64,000 bases of DNA from Nitrospirota bacterium (GTDB taxonomy: Bacteria; Nitrospirota; Thermodesulfovibrionia; Thermodesulfovibrionales; Dissulfurispiraceae), in NCBI GenBank assembly GCA_963790025.1, contig CAWBMP010000004.1, forward strand, positions 1,440,001-1,504,000, read 5' to 3'. The translations under genes were made by a program, and so were the position numbers. The notes below the pieces were generated by a model. The model was not told the DNA's origin. It saw nothing but the letters and a program-made list of their open reading frames with translations, and did no database searches. Positions within the stretch are counted from its first letter, which is position 1. Each line of letters begins with the position of its first letter. Shown piece after piece: positions 19,732-29,170 of the stretch.

Positions 19732-20268
19732 CTATAACGCCGTTGTTGCTTCATTTATATCGTCCCGTATTAATATCAAAACATCCGGCTGATTAATCGG
19801 CACCCCCTCAAGTATTTCTTTCAATGCCGCGGTGTCAAACCTGTAGCAAACGGCATCTCGCACATAGGTCAGCGAAAAATCTATGTCAGGGTGCCCTCCT
19901 ATGAGCACCATCATCGTAGCCCCCAAATTCCCCAGAGGCTTTCTGTCGATGTGGCTGCGCTGAAAAGTCGCTGTGGTGCAAGTTCCCTTGCCAGGGGAGG
20001 ATTCTATGGAAAATGATCCGGTGCACTGTTCAGCCGCCTGTTTGAGCAACGGAATGCCGAGGCCGAAACTCCTTACAGATTTTGTAGTAAAAAAAGGGTC
20101 GCTCACTTTCTCAAGAGTTTCGGCATCCATTCCCCTGCCGTCATCGCGAACGCTGAGAGTAAAGAGATCTTCGGCCGTACTCTCTATTATGGCTATGTCG
20201 ATTTTCTTCGCCCAGGCATCAACAGAATTTTCAGCTATATCGAGCAGATGCAATGACAAATCTTCCAT
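19732..20268 (-). CDS. HATPase_c (histidine kinase-like) ATP-binding protein
   Basis: LSLHLLDIAENS, DDGRGM, DPFFTTK, GLGIPL, HIDRKPLG. Confidence 0.85.
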   Translation of the reverse strand: MEDLSLHLLDIAENSVDAWAKKIDIAIIESTAEDLFTLSVRDDGRGMDAETLEKVSDPFFTTKSVRSFGLGIPLLKQAAEQCTGSFSIESSPGKGTCTTATFQRSHIDRKPLGNLGATMMVLIGGHPDIDFSLTYVRDAVCYRFDTAALKEILEGVPINQPDVLILIRDDINEATTAL

Positions 20269-20338
20269 AAAACACCCCTTAAAGAGGCAAAAGCGAAAAA
20301 GTGCTTTCGTTGTTGCCTCCGACCTCCAACCTCTAACC

Positions 20339-21085
20339 TCAAGCCTTTCGTTTGCTCCACTTCATTTCCCGTTCACCTTTAAATGCCCTGGCTATCTCAT
20401 CAAATGAGGGTTCACTGAGGAGAAACGTTGTGGTCCTCCTGCCTATATCGCTCAGGTTGTGTGCATCGGACGAGGTAACCCATGGGATTGCTGTATAGCT
20501 GCTGAACTTTGCGGTTGACTCCATCCATTCCATATTATACGAAATTTCAAGTGCATCGAATGCGGCGTCGTCCGGAATGAAGCCTAACTGGGATATAACG
20601 CTGAAATGTTCCCTGTCAATATGACTGGCAATAGCTATCCCGCCAAATACATGTATATTTTTAACCAGTTCTCCTAGAGGAAGGCTGGTTGCACCAATAA
20701 GGAGTCTCTTGTTAAAGGCCAGGATTTCATCTAACTCGTTAACGACCAATTGATACCCTATGTTGCGTTCGTCGTTAGAACCATCCTGTAATGCATCATA
20801 TGCGATTTCCTGCATTGCGGCAGCGTTTTCCGTCGAATTAAAGAGAGCCAGCACATGGACCTCCTCCTGAGAGGTCAACTCCATAGCGGGCAGCACAGTA
20901 ATACCCTGATCGAGGCCTGTCCTGACAGCAACCTCGGTATTTTCGGCAGAATTATGGTCTGCTATGGCTATTATCTGCAACCCTTTCGCGAGTGCCGAGT
21001 TAATTATCCGGCGGGGGGTCATATCAAGTTCAGCACAGGGTGACAGGCAGGAATGTATGTGAAGGTCAGCCTTATAGTATCTCAC
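20339..21085 (-). CDS. PHP-domain phosphoesterase
   Basis: DLHIHSCLSPC, IADHN, SSDAH. Confidence 0.9.
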   Translation of the reverse strand: MRYYKADLHIHSCLSPCAELDMTPRRIINSALAKGLQIIAIADHNSAENTEVAVRTGLDQGITVLPAMELTSQEEVHVLALFNSTENAAAMQEIAYDALQDGSNDERNIGYQLVVNELDEILAFNKRLLIGATSLPLGELVKNIHVFGGIAIASHIDREHFSVISQLGFIPDDAAFDALEISYNMEWMESTAKFSSYTAIPWVTSSDAHNLSDIGRRTTTFLLSEPSFDEIARAFKGEREMKWSKRKA

Positions 21086-21112
21086 TGGACCCGAACGAGG
21101 TTAACGGTCTTT

Positions 21113-21460
21113 TCACGAAGAGCGGCTGTCTTTCAACATCGTATAAAGAAGCCCTGCAAGCTCGAATGTGGAATCAGTGCTTACCATGATCGTCACTTTT
21201 TCAGCCTCGGCTTTTCTTACTGTCGCCGCTTCGGGGTTTCTTCCGTTTGTTAAAATCAGAGCGGATATACCTTTAATGATTGCCACTGCCACAATGTTGG
21301 GGTGTGTCTGTAGCGTTATCCATAGTTCATGGTCTTTGCTATTGGCCATCACATCGGAAAGGAGGTCACTGACATAGCAACCGCTTACCGGTTTGGATAT
21401 ATCTCCCTTAACTACTACATTCAATCCAAGCCTTTCGGCAATATTACTGACTGTCAGCAT
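21113..21460 (-). CDS. DRTGG-domain protein
   Basis: YVSDLLSDVM, LWITLQTHPNIVAVA. Confidence 0.85.
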   Translation of the reverse strand: MLTVSNIAERLGLNVVVKGDISKPVSGCYVSDLLSDVMANSKDHELWITLQTHPNIVAVAIIKGISALILTNGRNPEAATVRKAEAEKVTIMVSTDSTFELAGLLYTMLKDSRSS

Positions 21461-21908
21461 TTTTCTCCTTTAGGTGAAAAAAAATTTCCAGGGTTGTCCC
21501 CTCCCCGACAACTGAGTCGATATTAAGGATGTCAGCACATTTTTTAATATTCGGGAGCCCCATTCCGGCCCCCCATCCCATCTCACGCACCCAATCGGGA
21601 GCGGTGGAGTATCCTTCCTGCATGGCCAGCTCTATATTCTCTATCCCCGGCCCCATATCGGTAAAGGTAACAGTAAGGGTATTACGGGTAATAAGATAGT
21701 GCATTGTTCCTGCAACCGCATGAATGATGACATTCATTTCCGCTTCAAAGGCCGCTATGGCAGCCCTTCTCACTATTTCCTGCTCAACGTCAAGAGTGGT
21801 GAGTCTCGCTTTCAATTCGCTGGAAGCTACGCCGGCATTAGTGAAATCCCCGCCGAAGAGCTCGAAGCATCCCTCCAGGGACTCCACTGAATCATCGTCC
21901 GGCATCAT
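21444..21908 (-). CDS. Anti-sigma-factor-like Ser/Thr kinase (HATPase_c)
   Basis: FEAEMNVIIHA, DMGPGI, AMQEGYSTA, GAGMGLPN. Confidence 0.85.
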   Translation of the reverse strand: MMPDDDSVESLEGCFELFGGDFTNAGVASSELKARLTTLDVEQEIVRRAAIAAFEAEMNVIIHAVAGTMHYLITRNTLTVTFTDMGPGIENIELAMQEGYSTAPDWVREMGWGAGMGLPNIKKCADILNIDSVVGEGTTLEIFFHLKEKNADSQ

Positions 21909-22255
21909 TCCTCCACGCAACTTCTCAACCCCGCACCATATAGTATCCCGCATGTTGTGTACATGGGCAGGACCGTTGTCACGAGCACAATTTTTTTCTC
22001 TTCAGCAAGAGCTATCATATCTTTTTCCGGTCTTGCGCCTAAAGCCAGCAGTACCGCTGATATATCGGATATTTCGGCGCTCCTGATTACTTGCGCCTGG
22101 TTCAGGCATGTAACCAGAAGTGCCCCTCTTTTCCCATACCGCAATACATTGCTCAAAAGGTCGGCGCTGCAGACAGATGTGATGTCAAGCGATGCCGCGT
22201 TACCGTTGACCACTATGGTCCCGTTAACCATCTCCAGTATTTGCGAAATATGCAT
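21905..22255 (-). CDS. DRTGG-domain protein
   Basis: SADLLSNVL, QVIRSAEISD, MYTTCGILY. Confidence 0.8.
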   Translation of the reverse strand: MHISQILEMVNGTIVVNGNAASLDITSVCSADLLSNVLRYGKRGALLVTCLNQAQVIRSAEISDISAVLLALGARPEKDMIALAEEKKIVLVTTVLPMYTTCGILYGAGLRSCVEE

Positions 22256-22264
22256 TGAACTCCT

Positions 22265-23407
22265 TCAAGCTGCCGGCGGCACCGGCAGATGAATGAAGAA
22301 GCTAGCCCCGCTGTCCGGTGTGTTTTTATTTTTAACAAATATAGTGCCTTCGTGTTTTTTGATAATTCCGTAGCTAACGGCAAGTCCGAGCCCCGTACCT
22401 TTGCCGGCGGGTTTAGTGGTAAAGAACGGCTCAAATATCTTACCGATCAGGTCTTCGGGGATAGCGGGGCCGGTGTCTGTAATTTCGAACTCGACCCATT
22501 TTTTTTCGTGATTTTCAAACAGACGGGTTGCCAGGGTTATTTTGCCCTTTTGCTGCATTGCATCGGCTGCATTTATCAGCAGATTCAAAAATACCTGCTG
22601 GATCTGGTTGGGATCGATACTTACATCGGGGATCGAAGTGTCGAGCAGCAGATCAATTTGAATATTAAGGAACCTCGATTGATGCTTCACCATTTCAAGC
22701 GTATTTGAAATCAATGTATTCAGATTGACCATCTTTTTCTCTGAAGCGGTCTTTCTCGAGAAACCGAGGAGCCCCTTTATGATTTTCGCGCAACGTTCCG
22801 CCTGATCAATTATGGTGTTAAGGTCTTCTATATCCAGTACATTTTCAGGAGGGGTCCGCTTCAGCATAAGATGTGAAAAGGTGACGATGCCAGTAAGTGG
22901 ATTGTTTATTTCATGGGCAACGCCGGCTGCCATGCGTCCCAGCGAGGCGAGCTTTTCCGTATTGATCAGTTGTTCCTGGGCCTTGTATATGTCGCAGGTT
23001 TTTTTCTGCACTTCATCTTCGAGGTTTTTGGTCCAGTCTTCCATCTTTTCCCTGTATTCTTTCAGCTCGTCCGCCATGGAATTAAAGGAATGGGCCAGGA
23101 GCCCGATTTCATCGTCACTCTCGATATTGATCCTACAGTCCATGTCCCCGGCAGAAAGGCGTTTCATCCCTTCAACCAGGAACGAAAGAGGCTTCGTAAC
23201 AAAGAAATAAAGGATCAGGAACAGAATTACCGTTATGATTACAACAAAGGGGCCGCCATAAGCAAAAGTTTTTTCGAGGGGAACGTCCGGAAACTGTTTG
23301 TTGAAAGTCAAAGCAAAGAGAAACCCCACAAACACCATGAGGCCGCCGATTCCGATTATAAGTTTTCCAGCAAGAGAATTTATTTTTATTTTCAGAAGTG
23401 AACGCAT
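22265..23407 (-). CDS. Membrane HAMP-domain sensor histidine kinase
   Basis: 2 TM segments, HAMP (DEIGLLAHSFN), H-box AHEINNPL, FFTTK, GTGLGL. Confidence 0.93.
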   Translation of the reverse strand: MRSLLKIKINSLAGKLIIGIGGLMVFVGFLFALTFNKQFPDVPLEKTFAYGGPFVVIITVILFLILYFFVTKPLSFLVEGMKRLSAGDMDCRINIESDDEIGLLAHSFNSMADELKEYREKMEDWTKNLEDEVQKKTCDIYKAQEQLINTEKLASLGRMAAGVAHEINNPLTGIVTFSHLMLKRTPPENVLDIEDLNTIIDQAERCAKIIKGLLGFSRKTASEKKMVNLNTLISNTLEMVKHQSRFLNIQIDLLLDTSIPDVSIDPNQIQQVFLNLLINAADAMQQKGKITLATRLFENHEKKWVEFEITDTGPAIPEDLIGKIFEPFFTTKPAGKGTGLGLAVSYGIIKKHEGTIFVKNKNTPDSGASFFIHLPVPPAA

Positions 23408-23567
23408 TATTAATAATACCTAAACACTTATTTACAGTCAACTTTAGGTTATGAACTCAGGTGGGGTCCGGAAACGGGTTTAGGTCTTGCTTCAAGTCAT
23501 GCTATAATAGTCCACCACGGTTGCGCCATTATAATAAAAAGTGAGGTTGAAAGGATGCGGGGCAGAC

Positions 23568-23963
23568 ATGACTAAAGGCAGGGTGCTTATTATAGATGAT
23601 GAAGAGATTGTGCGGATAAGCTGTCATCGTATCCTCGCTCCGGAAGGATATGAGGTCAGGAGCGCGGAGAGTGCGGCTGAAGGGTTCGCCATGCTCGAAA
23701 AAGATCCCTCGGATATTGTACTTACCGATTTTAAAATGCCTGACATCGATGGAATCGAGGTGCTGAAGAGGATTAAAGCTCAGTGGCCGGACATAGAGGT
23801 AATAATGATTACCGGATACCAGACGATCTCTGCTTCGGCAACTAACGCTGCAGAGGCCATCAGGAGTCTTGGGGCCTTTGATTATATAGAAAAGCCTTTT
23901 ATTCCCGATGCTATTCTCGAAGTCATTGATAAGGCGATGTCGCGCAAAAAAACCAAGAGCTAA
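23568..23963 (+). CDS. Single-domain response regulator
   Basis: LIIDDE, LTDFKMP, MITG, EKPF. Confidence 0.9.
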   Translation: MTKGRVLIIDDEEIVRISCHRILAPEGYEVRSAESAAEGFAMLEKDPSDIVLTDFKMPDIDGIEVLKRIKAQWPDIEVIMITGYQTISASATNAAEAIRSLGAFDYIEKPFIPDAILEVIDKAMSRKKTKS

Positions 23964-24048
23964 GAGCGCAGAGCCAAGAGCCTGAGGAAAACTGAAAGTA
24001 TTTTTGTTTTTGGCTCTCGACTCTTTGCTCTATAGCTCTTAGCTTTTT

Positions 24049-24210
24049 TTAATGACCGCCTGGGAAGAATGTCATGCTTATCCAGTACAGTACAAAAATA
24101 AGTCCGGTCCCCAGGCCTATACTCCAGCCTATGAGTTTTTTCTCAATAGGCAGCAGCGGCTCATATTCCATCTTTTTCAGCTCGTCAGACAATTTTGGTT
24201 CTTCAGCCAT
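24049..24210 (-). CDS. Small membrane protein coupled to the YeiH exporter (53 aa; not in the ORF track)
   Basis: AGGAGG RBS; MAEEPKLSDELKKMEYEPLLPIEKKLIGWSIGLGTGLIFVLYWISMTFFPGGH. Confidence 0.7.
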   Translation of the reverse strand: MAEEPKLSDELKKMEYEPLLPIEKKLIGWSIGLGTGLIFVLYWISMTFFPGGH

Positions 24211-24220
24211 AAGACCTCCT

Positions 24221-25864
24221 TTAACCTGTTACTATCGGCGGCTTAACTCCATGGAAGAAAAGCCATGAAATGAAAAGCCCTATCCAGATAATAAAACCGA
24301 AAAGACATAAGAGATAAACTGCTGCCAGCTTGCCTATCCCTTCTTCCCATAACTTCTTGAAGTTGGACACAACGCCAATGGTGAAGAAGGTCATTGTAAA
24401 GAATATACCCCTGAAGACATTCCCCTCGCCCATTGCCGCTTTCGTCTTTCCCATAAGGCCGGGGAAATGCAGGCCCAGATATAATACAATGAAGAATGTG
24501 ATTACATAGCCAATGACAAATTTGGGGAACCGGTGCCATATCTCCACAACCCGGACCCTCTCCCCGGGCTTGCACTCTATAACGGTGCACCATACTATAG
24601 CGAGTACAAATGCCCACACGCCGATGAAAATATCGATAAACACTTTTACCGTTGCGGCGGCCCCCACTATCCAGCCTTCCTTGTAGTTTACTCCTTCCAT
24701 TGCCAGTGCCTTTGCTCTTACAAGGGATTCCGTGACCGCGCCACTTGCGACTGCTGCACCATCGGTTTTTACTGCCAGTCCCATCCAGGCGCCAGCTACC
24801 ATAGGTTCCTTCCACAGGAAATTCTCAGCCAGAAATGGAAGCACGAGAAGTTCGACAACAGCAAATATTACAACCAGGGAAGAAACCATAATCGGGACTA
24901 TTGGCCTCGCCCTTATAGCACCGCCCGTTGCAATAGCTGCAGACACTCCGCAGATGGATATGCCGGATGCAAGGGGAGCAGCCCATTCCTTGCTGAATTT
25001 GAAATATTTCCTTGCAATAAGGTACACAAGCGCCCAGTATATGAGATAAGCCTCGACAATGGCACAAAGTCCCCTGAACATGACTGCGGTAGCCAGTCCC
25101 AGTTTTTCGGCCGCAACTACGCCGAGGAATCCCCCGAGGATAACGATTGCGGTCTTAATATAAAGCTCAGGCCTTACCGCCTCTTTTATTGCTTTGGCTA
25201 TGCCGGGGAAGAAATTGCCCACAACCAGCCCGGCAATAAGGGCGACTATAAAACCGGCCTCAGGCGTTAACTTCAGCGACCACGAGATCCCGAACTTCTT
25301 CATGTCGGGAGGGGTCGTCACTGCGATATTTGCATAACTGCCGATGATCCAGCAAATATAGCTTGCCCAGAATACTACCGTGAAGCCGAAAATAAATTTA
25401 CCCACATTCGCCTTCAGCGCCAACGCACCCAATGTCATGAGGACCAGCAGAAAAAGATAGGTGAGCAACAGAGAAGCGAAGCCCGACAAGCCCTTCTTTT
25501 CGTACTTCTCTCCGACCTTTAGCTGACTTGTATCTTCTTTTATAGTAATAGCCTCTTCTTTGCCGTCACCTTTTTTCAACGTGAGCTTCTGACCATCTAT
25601 TTTTGTAATATCACCCTTGATTCCCTGAAAGTCTTTTGATATCGGTGCAAGTGCTTTTGAAGAATCGGTCCATACGCTTGTAGTTACTCCCCAACCGAGG
25701 ATGTCCGCTCCAACAAATGTGCCCAAGGAGAGGACGAACAGGAAAAGGCCGATCCACAGCGACATCCAATCTTCGCTTATTCCCTTTTTCTCTACTGCGC
25801 ACGCTTTAGGCGTATCACATTTTCCTTCAGCCAATTTGTCTTCGTCTATACGGTTCTCGTCCAT
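24221..25864 (-). CDS. YeiH / putative sulfate exporter (PSE) family transporter
   Basis: Multi-TM protein; ASGISICGVSAAIAT, FPKFVIG. Confidence 0.88.
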   Translation of the reverse strand: MDENRIDEDKLAEGKCDTPKACAVEKKGISEDWMSLWIGLFLFVLSLGTFVGADILGWGVTTSVWTDSSKALAPISKDFQGIKGDITKIDGQKLTLKKGDGKEEAITIKEDTSQLKVGEKYEKKGLSGFASLLLTYLFLLVLMTLGALALKANVGKFIFGFTVVFWASYICWIIGSYANIAVTTPPDMKKFGISWSLKLTPEAGFIVALIAGLVVGNFFPGIAKAIKEAVRPELYIKTAIVILGGFLGVVAAEKLGLATAVMFRGLCAIVEAYLIYWALVYLIARKYFKFSKEWAAPLASGISICGVSAAIATGGAIRARPIVPIMVSSLVVIFAVVELLVLPFLAENFLWKEPMVAGAWMGLAVKTDGAAVASGAVTESLVRAKALAMEGVNYKEGWIVGAAATVKVFIDIFIGVWAFVLAIVWCTVIECKPGERVRVVEIWHRFPKFVIGYVITFFIVLYLGLHFPGLMGKTKAAMGEGNVFRGIFFTMTFFTIGVVSNFKKLWEEGIGKLAAVYLLCLFGFIIWIGLFISWLFFHGVKPPIVTG

Positions 25865-26083
25865 GCAGTATACCCCCTGTTTTGCGCGTTATCAAAAAAC
25901 CACTAAAAAGGTTCCCAGAGCTTGAGGAATCAATCACCCCCTTTTGTAATGTCTGGGGCAATGTGCAACGACTAATTCTACCACAAAAATAAAAGCAGCA
26001 AGTAGCAAGCAATAACGGCATAAAAAAATTTTAATTTTTCCCCCTTCGCTACTGACTGCTTGCTACTTGCCGCTTTTATTTTG

Positions 26084-26440
26084 CTATGAAGTCGTTTTTT
26101 TCATTAATTGCTTTATGGTGGCCTTCAGATTGGTCAAGTCCGATGATTTTACTACATAGGCATCGGAGACCCAGACCGAAAAATCGTCCCTGTAATCATA
26201 GGCAGTCAGCATGATGATAGGCACGTTGGGTCTTTTCTCCTTCATCAGTCTCAATACCTGAATGCCGTCCATGTCGGGCATGAGTATATCGAGAGTGACG
26301 ATATCAGGGTTTTCCCTTTCGAACACCTCCAGTCCCTCTTTACCGGAATTAGCAGTGACTACTGTGTATCCCTCGTCCTCAAGCTCAATCTGGTAGAGTT
26401 TCAGTATGTTTTTTTCATCATCGACAACCAGTATTTTCAT
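26084..26440 (-). CDS. Single-domain response regulator
   Basis: MKILVVDDE, LDILMP, MLTAY. Confidence 0.9.
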   Translation of the reverse strand: MKILVVDDEKNILKLYQIELEDEGYTVVTANSGKEGLEVFERENPDIVTLDILMPDMDGIQVLRLMKEKRPNVPIIMLTAYDYRDDFSVWVSDAYVVKSSDLTNLKATIKQLMKKTTS

Positions 26441-26441
26441 A

Positions 26442-29135
26442 TCAGCCCTCCTGTAACGGCATGTAAATTTTGAATGTTGCACCCACTCCCCAGTTGCTTT
26501 CCACCTCAATTCTCCCGCCGTGCTCTTCAATGATCCTTTTAGTTATGGAAAGGCCGAGACCCGTCCCGTCCGGACGGGTTGTAAAGAATGGGTCAAAGAC
26601 ACGATTAATATCCTCCCGCCTGATACCGCATCCGTTGTCTTCGACTTCTACAACAACCTCGCTGCTTTCAGTCCTATGCCCCAGTAAATCGGGTTCGGCC
26701 CGCAAAGGTTTCAGGTAAGCCCTTATGACTATACTCCCGGTGTCCGTCGCCTGGTTGGCATTGGTCAGGAGATTAAGGAGCACCTCTTTGAACCTGTCGG
26801 AATCAGCAAATAACCTAATCGGCTGGGCCATCTCCCTGACAAGGAGATTGCCTCTTTCATTAGCCGCCGGTCCGAGAAGGTTAACAATACTGTCGATTAT
26901 TTCAACAAGGTCGATCTCCGTCTTCCTTATCGGGGTGCTTTTAACAAAGCTAAGCGTATCATTGAGGATACTTTCGAGGCGGCTTACTTCATCTACGATA
27001 ATTCTCGAGTATTCCTTCAAATCGGTGTCCAGCCTTTTTTCGAGCCTCCGGGCAAAGCCTCCTATAGACAGAAGCGGGTTTCTGATCTCATGGGCGACTT
27101 TAGCGGCCATCTCACCGAGGGCCGCCATCCTGTCGGCCGTGGCCACTTTTTCACGCAGTTTCTTAAGTTCAGATATATCTCTGACTATATGCACCGTGCC
27201 GATAAGCTCTCCGGTTTTATCGAAGATAGGAGAGCTGGAGGCCAGGAACGTGCCGCCTAGTTGCGGGTCATCAAGCTCCTCGATATATGGTTTGTTGGTG
27301 AGTATGGTTTTGTGATGCGGGCATTTTTTCCAGGGTTCCCTGGTGCCGTGAAATACTTCATAGCATTTCTTGCCAATAATCGATTCCATAGGTTTGCCGA
27401 GTCTGGTCAGGACCGCTCTATTGACCTTTCTGATCGTGTAATCATTGCTGTTGAAATAAACCAGATCGGATATCGATTCGAAAATGTTTTCCAGCTCCTG
27501 TTCCGCTTCAGCCAGATGCTCGAAAAGGCGCGCGTTTTCTATAGCGGAGGCCATATGGTCGGAGAACCCTTTGAGAAATTCCATGTCAAGGTCGTTAATG
27601 GGCCTGCTGGTGTAAATGTTATCAACCCACAAAACTCCAATGACTTTATCCCGTGATATGAGGGGGAGTACGGCGTAGGCAAGTGTGCCTAACTGCTGTA
27701 TCAGAATGGTGTCAGAAAGCGGTTCGGCATAAACATTGGTGACATTGAAAGCCCGTTTTTCTTTCAGTGCTTTAGTAAGGATTGTGTCGGTTTCCAGAGA
27801 GACCTCGACCCCGCAGCAGAGTCTGTCCATGAAAGAATCTTTTCTTAGCGGGCCCTTCTCAATGTCCTCCATAATGGAGGTAAGGTTCTTCTGTTCATTG
27901 GTAATCCGCGACCATATCTCCCAGGCCTCCTCATGGCTTGAAGGCCCTACGCCCATTGCACCTCTTAAGACGTTTTGCTGCTCGTCGAGTAAAAAGAGCA
28001 TGGCCCTGTTAAACCCCAGGCCGTCTCCCATAGTGACGGCCGTCAGGACCATCCTCAACAGTTTATCGAGTTCAAGGGTACCCCTCATCGCAGAGCTTAT
28101 GAGCAGCAGCTTTGAGAGCACCGCATTTTTGTTCACCAGCTCTTTTTCGATCCGCTTTTTCTCTGTTATGTCACGCGCTATGCCGCTTATTCCGACAATA
28201 GCGCCAGAGGAGTCTTTAATGGGTGAGAGGGTAAGATTAACGTCCAGAAGGCGCCCATCCTTGGTCCTCCTGACTGTTTCTATATCCTTGATGGTTTCTC
28301 CCTTTCCTACGCGTTCAGTATAGCCATCTTCCACTTCTCTGAGAAAATCGGGAATAAAAGGCATGTACCCCCCGATAACCTCATTTGGCCAATAGCCGTA
28401 GATCTTCTCGGCGCCGATATTCCATGAGGTGACAATACCCTTCATGTCAGTGGTCACAATAGCGTCGGCGGAATTCTGTATAAAACCCTGCAGATGATCC
28501 CAAAGTTCCTCGGCCTTATGTTTGGCTGCAAGGGCTTCCTTCTCCTGCCTCACGGCATTCTCATATAAAACGGATTTGTCTATAACGATTGCAGCAATGG
28601 AAGCAAAACCTTCCAATGTTATCTGGTCTTCCGAGGTAAACGGAACTATTGACTCCTTTTGCTCTTTATCAACCTTTTTTTTATTGTACAGCGCAAAGGT
28701 CCCTATTATGTGATCGCCTATTTTTAAAGGGGTGCATATAGCTGTTTGCATATCTACGTATTGTGAAACACGACTGAGATCTTCCGGGCTTTGCGCGAAC
28801 ATGGTTTTTCCCTCTTCTATCGCTTTCCAGGCAATGCCTTCACCCAAATGAAGTGTCAGGGCGTCCCTCATTTCAGGCGGGAAGCCATAATCAGCCTTGA
28901 CCTTAAGGGCGCCGTCTTCTCTAAGGCGCAGTATGCATCCTGTCGCATTAAAGAGTTTGGCTGTCTCCTCCGAAACCTTTTCCAATAGCTCATTGAAATC
29001 CCGGGCTGATATAATGGCCCTGGTAAGTTCAAAGATAACAGACAGCCTGTTAAGTTGTTCCTTTGCAGTTTGGAGCGCTTCTGTCCCGCAGTCCTTCAGC
29101 AGTGATTTCTCGTCCGTATGTCCGTTGTTTTCCAT
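26442..29135 (-). CDS. Cytoplasmic GAF-PAS-GAF-PAS sensor histidine kinase
   Basis: GAF and PAS motifs (SWNIGAEKIYGY), AHEIRNPL, DNGCGI, GTGLGL. Confidence 0.93.
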   Translation of the reverse strand: MENNGHTDEKSLLKDCGTEALQTAKEQLNRLSVIFELTRAIISARDFNELLEKVSEETAKLFNATGCILRLREDGALKVKADYGFPPEMRDALTLHLGEGIAWKAIEEGKTMFAQSPEDLSRVSQYVDMQTAICTPLKIGDHIIGTFALYNKKKVDKEQKESIVPFTSEDQITLEGFASIAAIVIDKSVLYENAVRQEKEALAAKHKAEELWDHLQGFIQNSADAIVTTDMKGIVTSWNIGAEKIYGYWPNEVIGGYMPFIPDFLREVEDGYTERVGKGETIKDIETVRRTKDGRLLDVNLTLSPIKDSSGAIVGISGIARDITEKKRIEKELVNKNAVLSKLLLISSAMRGTLELDKLLRMVLTAVTMGDGLGFNRAMLFLLDEQQNVLRGAMGVGPSSHEEAWEIWSRITNEQKNLTSIMEDIEKGPLRKDSFMDRLCCGVEVSLETDTILTKALKEKRAFNVTNVYAEPLSDTILIQQLGTLAYAVLPLISRDKVIGVLWVDNIYTSRPINDLDMEFLKGFSDHMASAIENARLFEHLAEAEQELENIFESISDLVYFNSNDYTIRKVNRAVLTRLGKPMESIIGKKCYEVFHGTREPWKKCPHHKTILTNKPYIEELDDPQLGGTFLASSSPIFDKTGELIGTVHIVRDISELKKLREKVATADRMAALGEMAAKVAHEIRNPLLSIGGFARRLEKRLDTDLKEYSRIIVDEVSRLESILNDTLSFVKSTPIRKTEIDLVEIIDSIVNLLGPAANERGNLLVREMAQPIRLFADSDRFKEVLLNLLTNANQATDTGSIVIRAYLKPLRAEPDLLGHRTESSEVVVEVEDNGCGIRREDINRVFDPFFTTRPDGTGLGLSITKRIIEEHGGRIEVESNWGVGATFKIYMPLQEG

Positions 29136-29170
29136 TATGCTCTGGTCAAATTAGCTGTTTCTTCACATTT

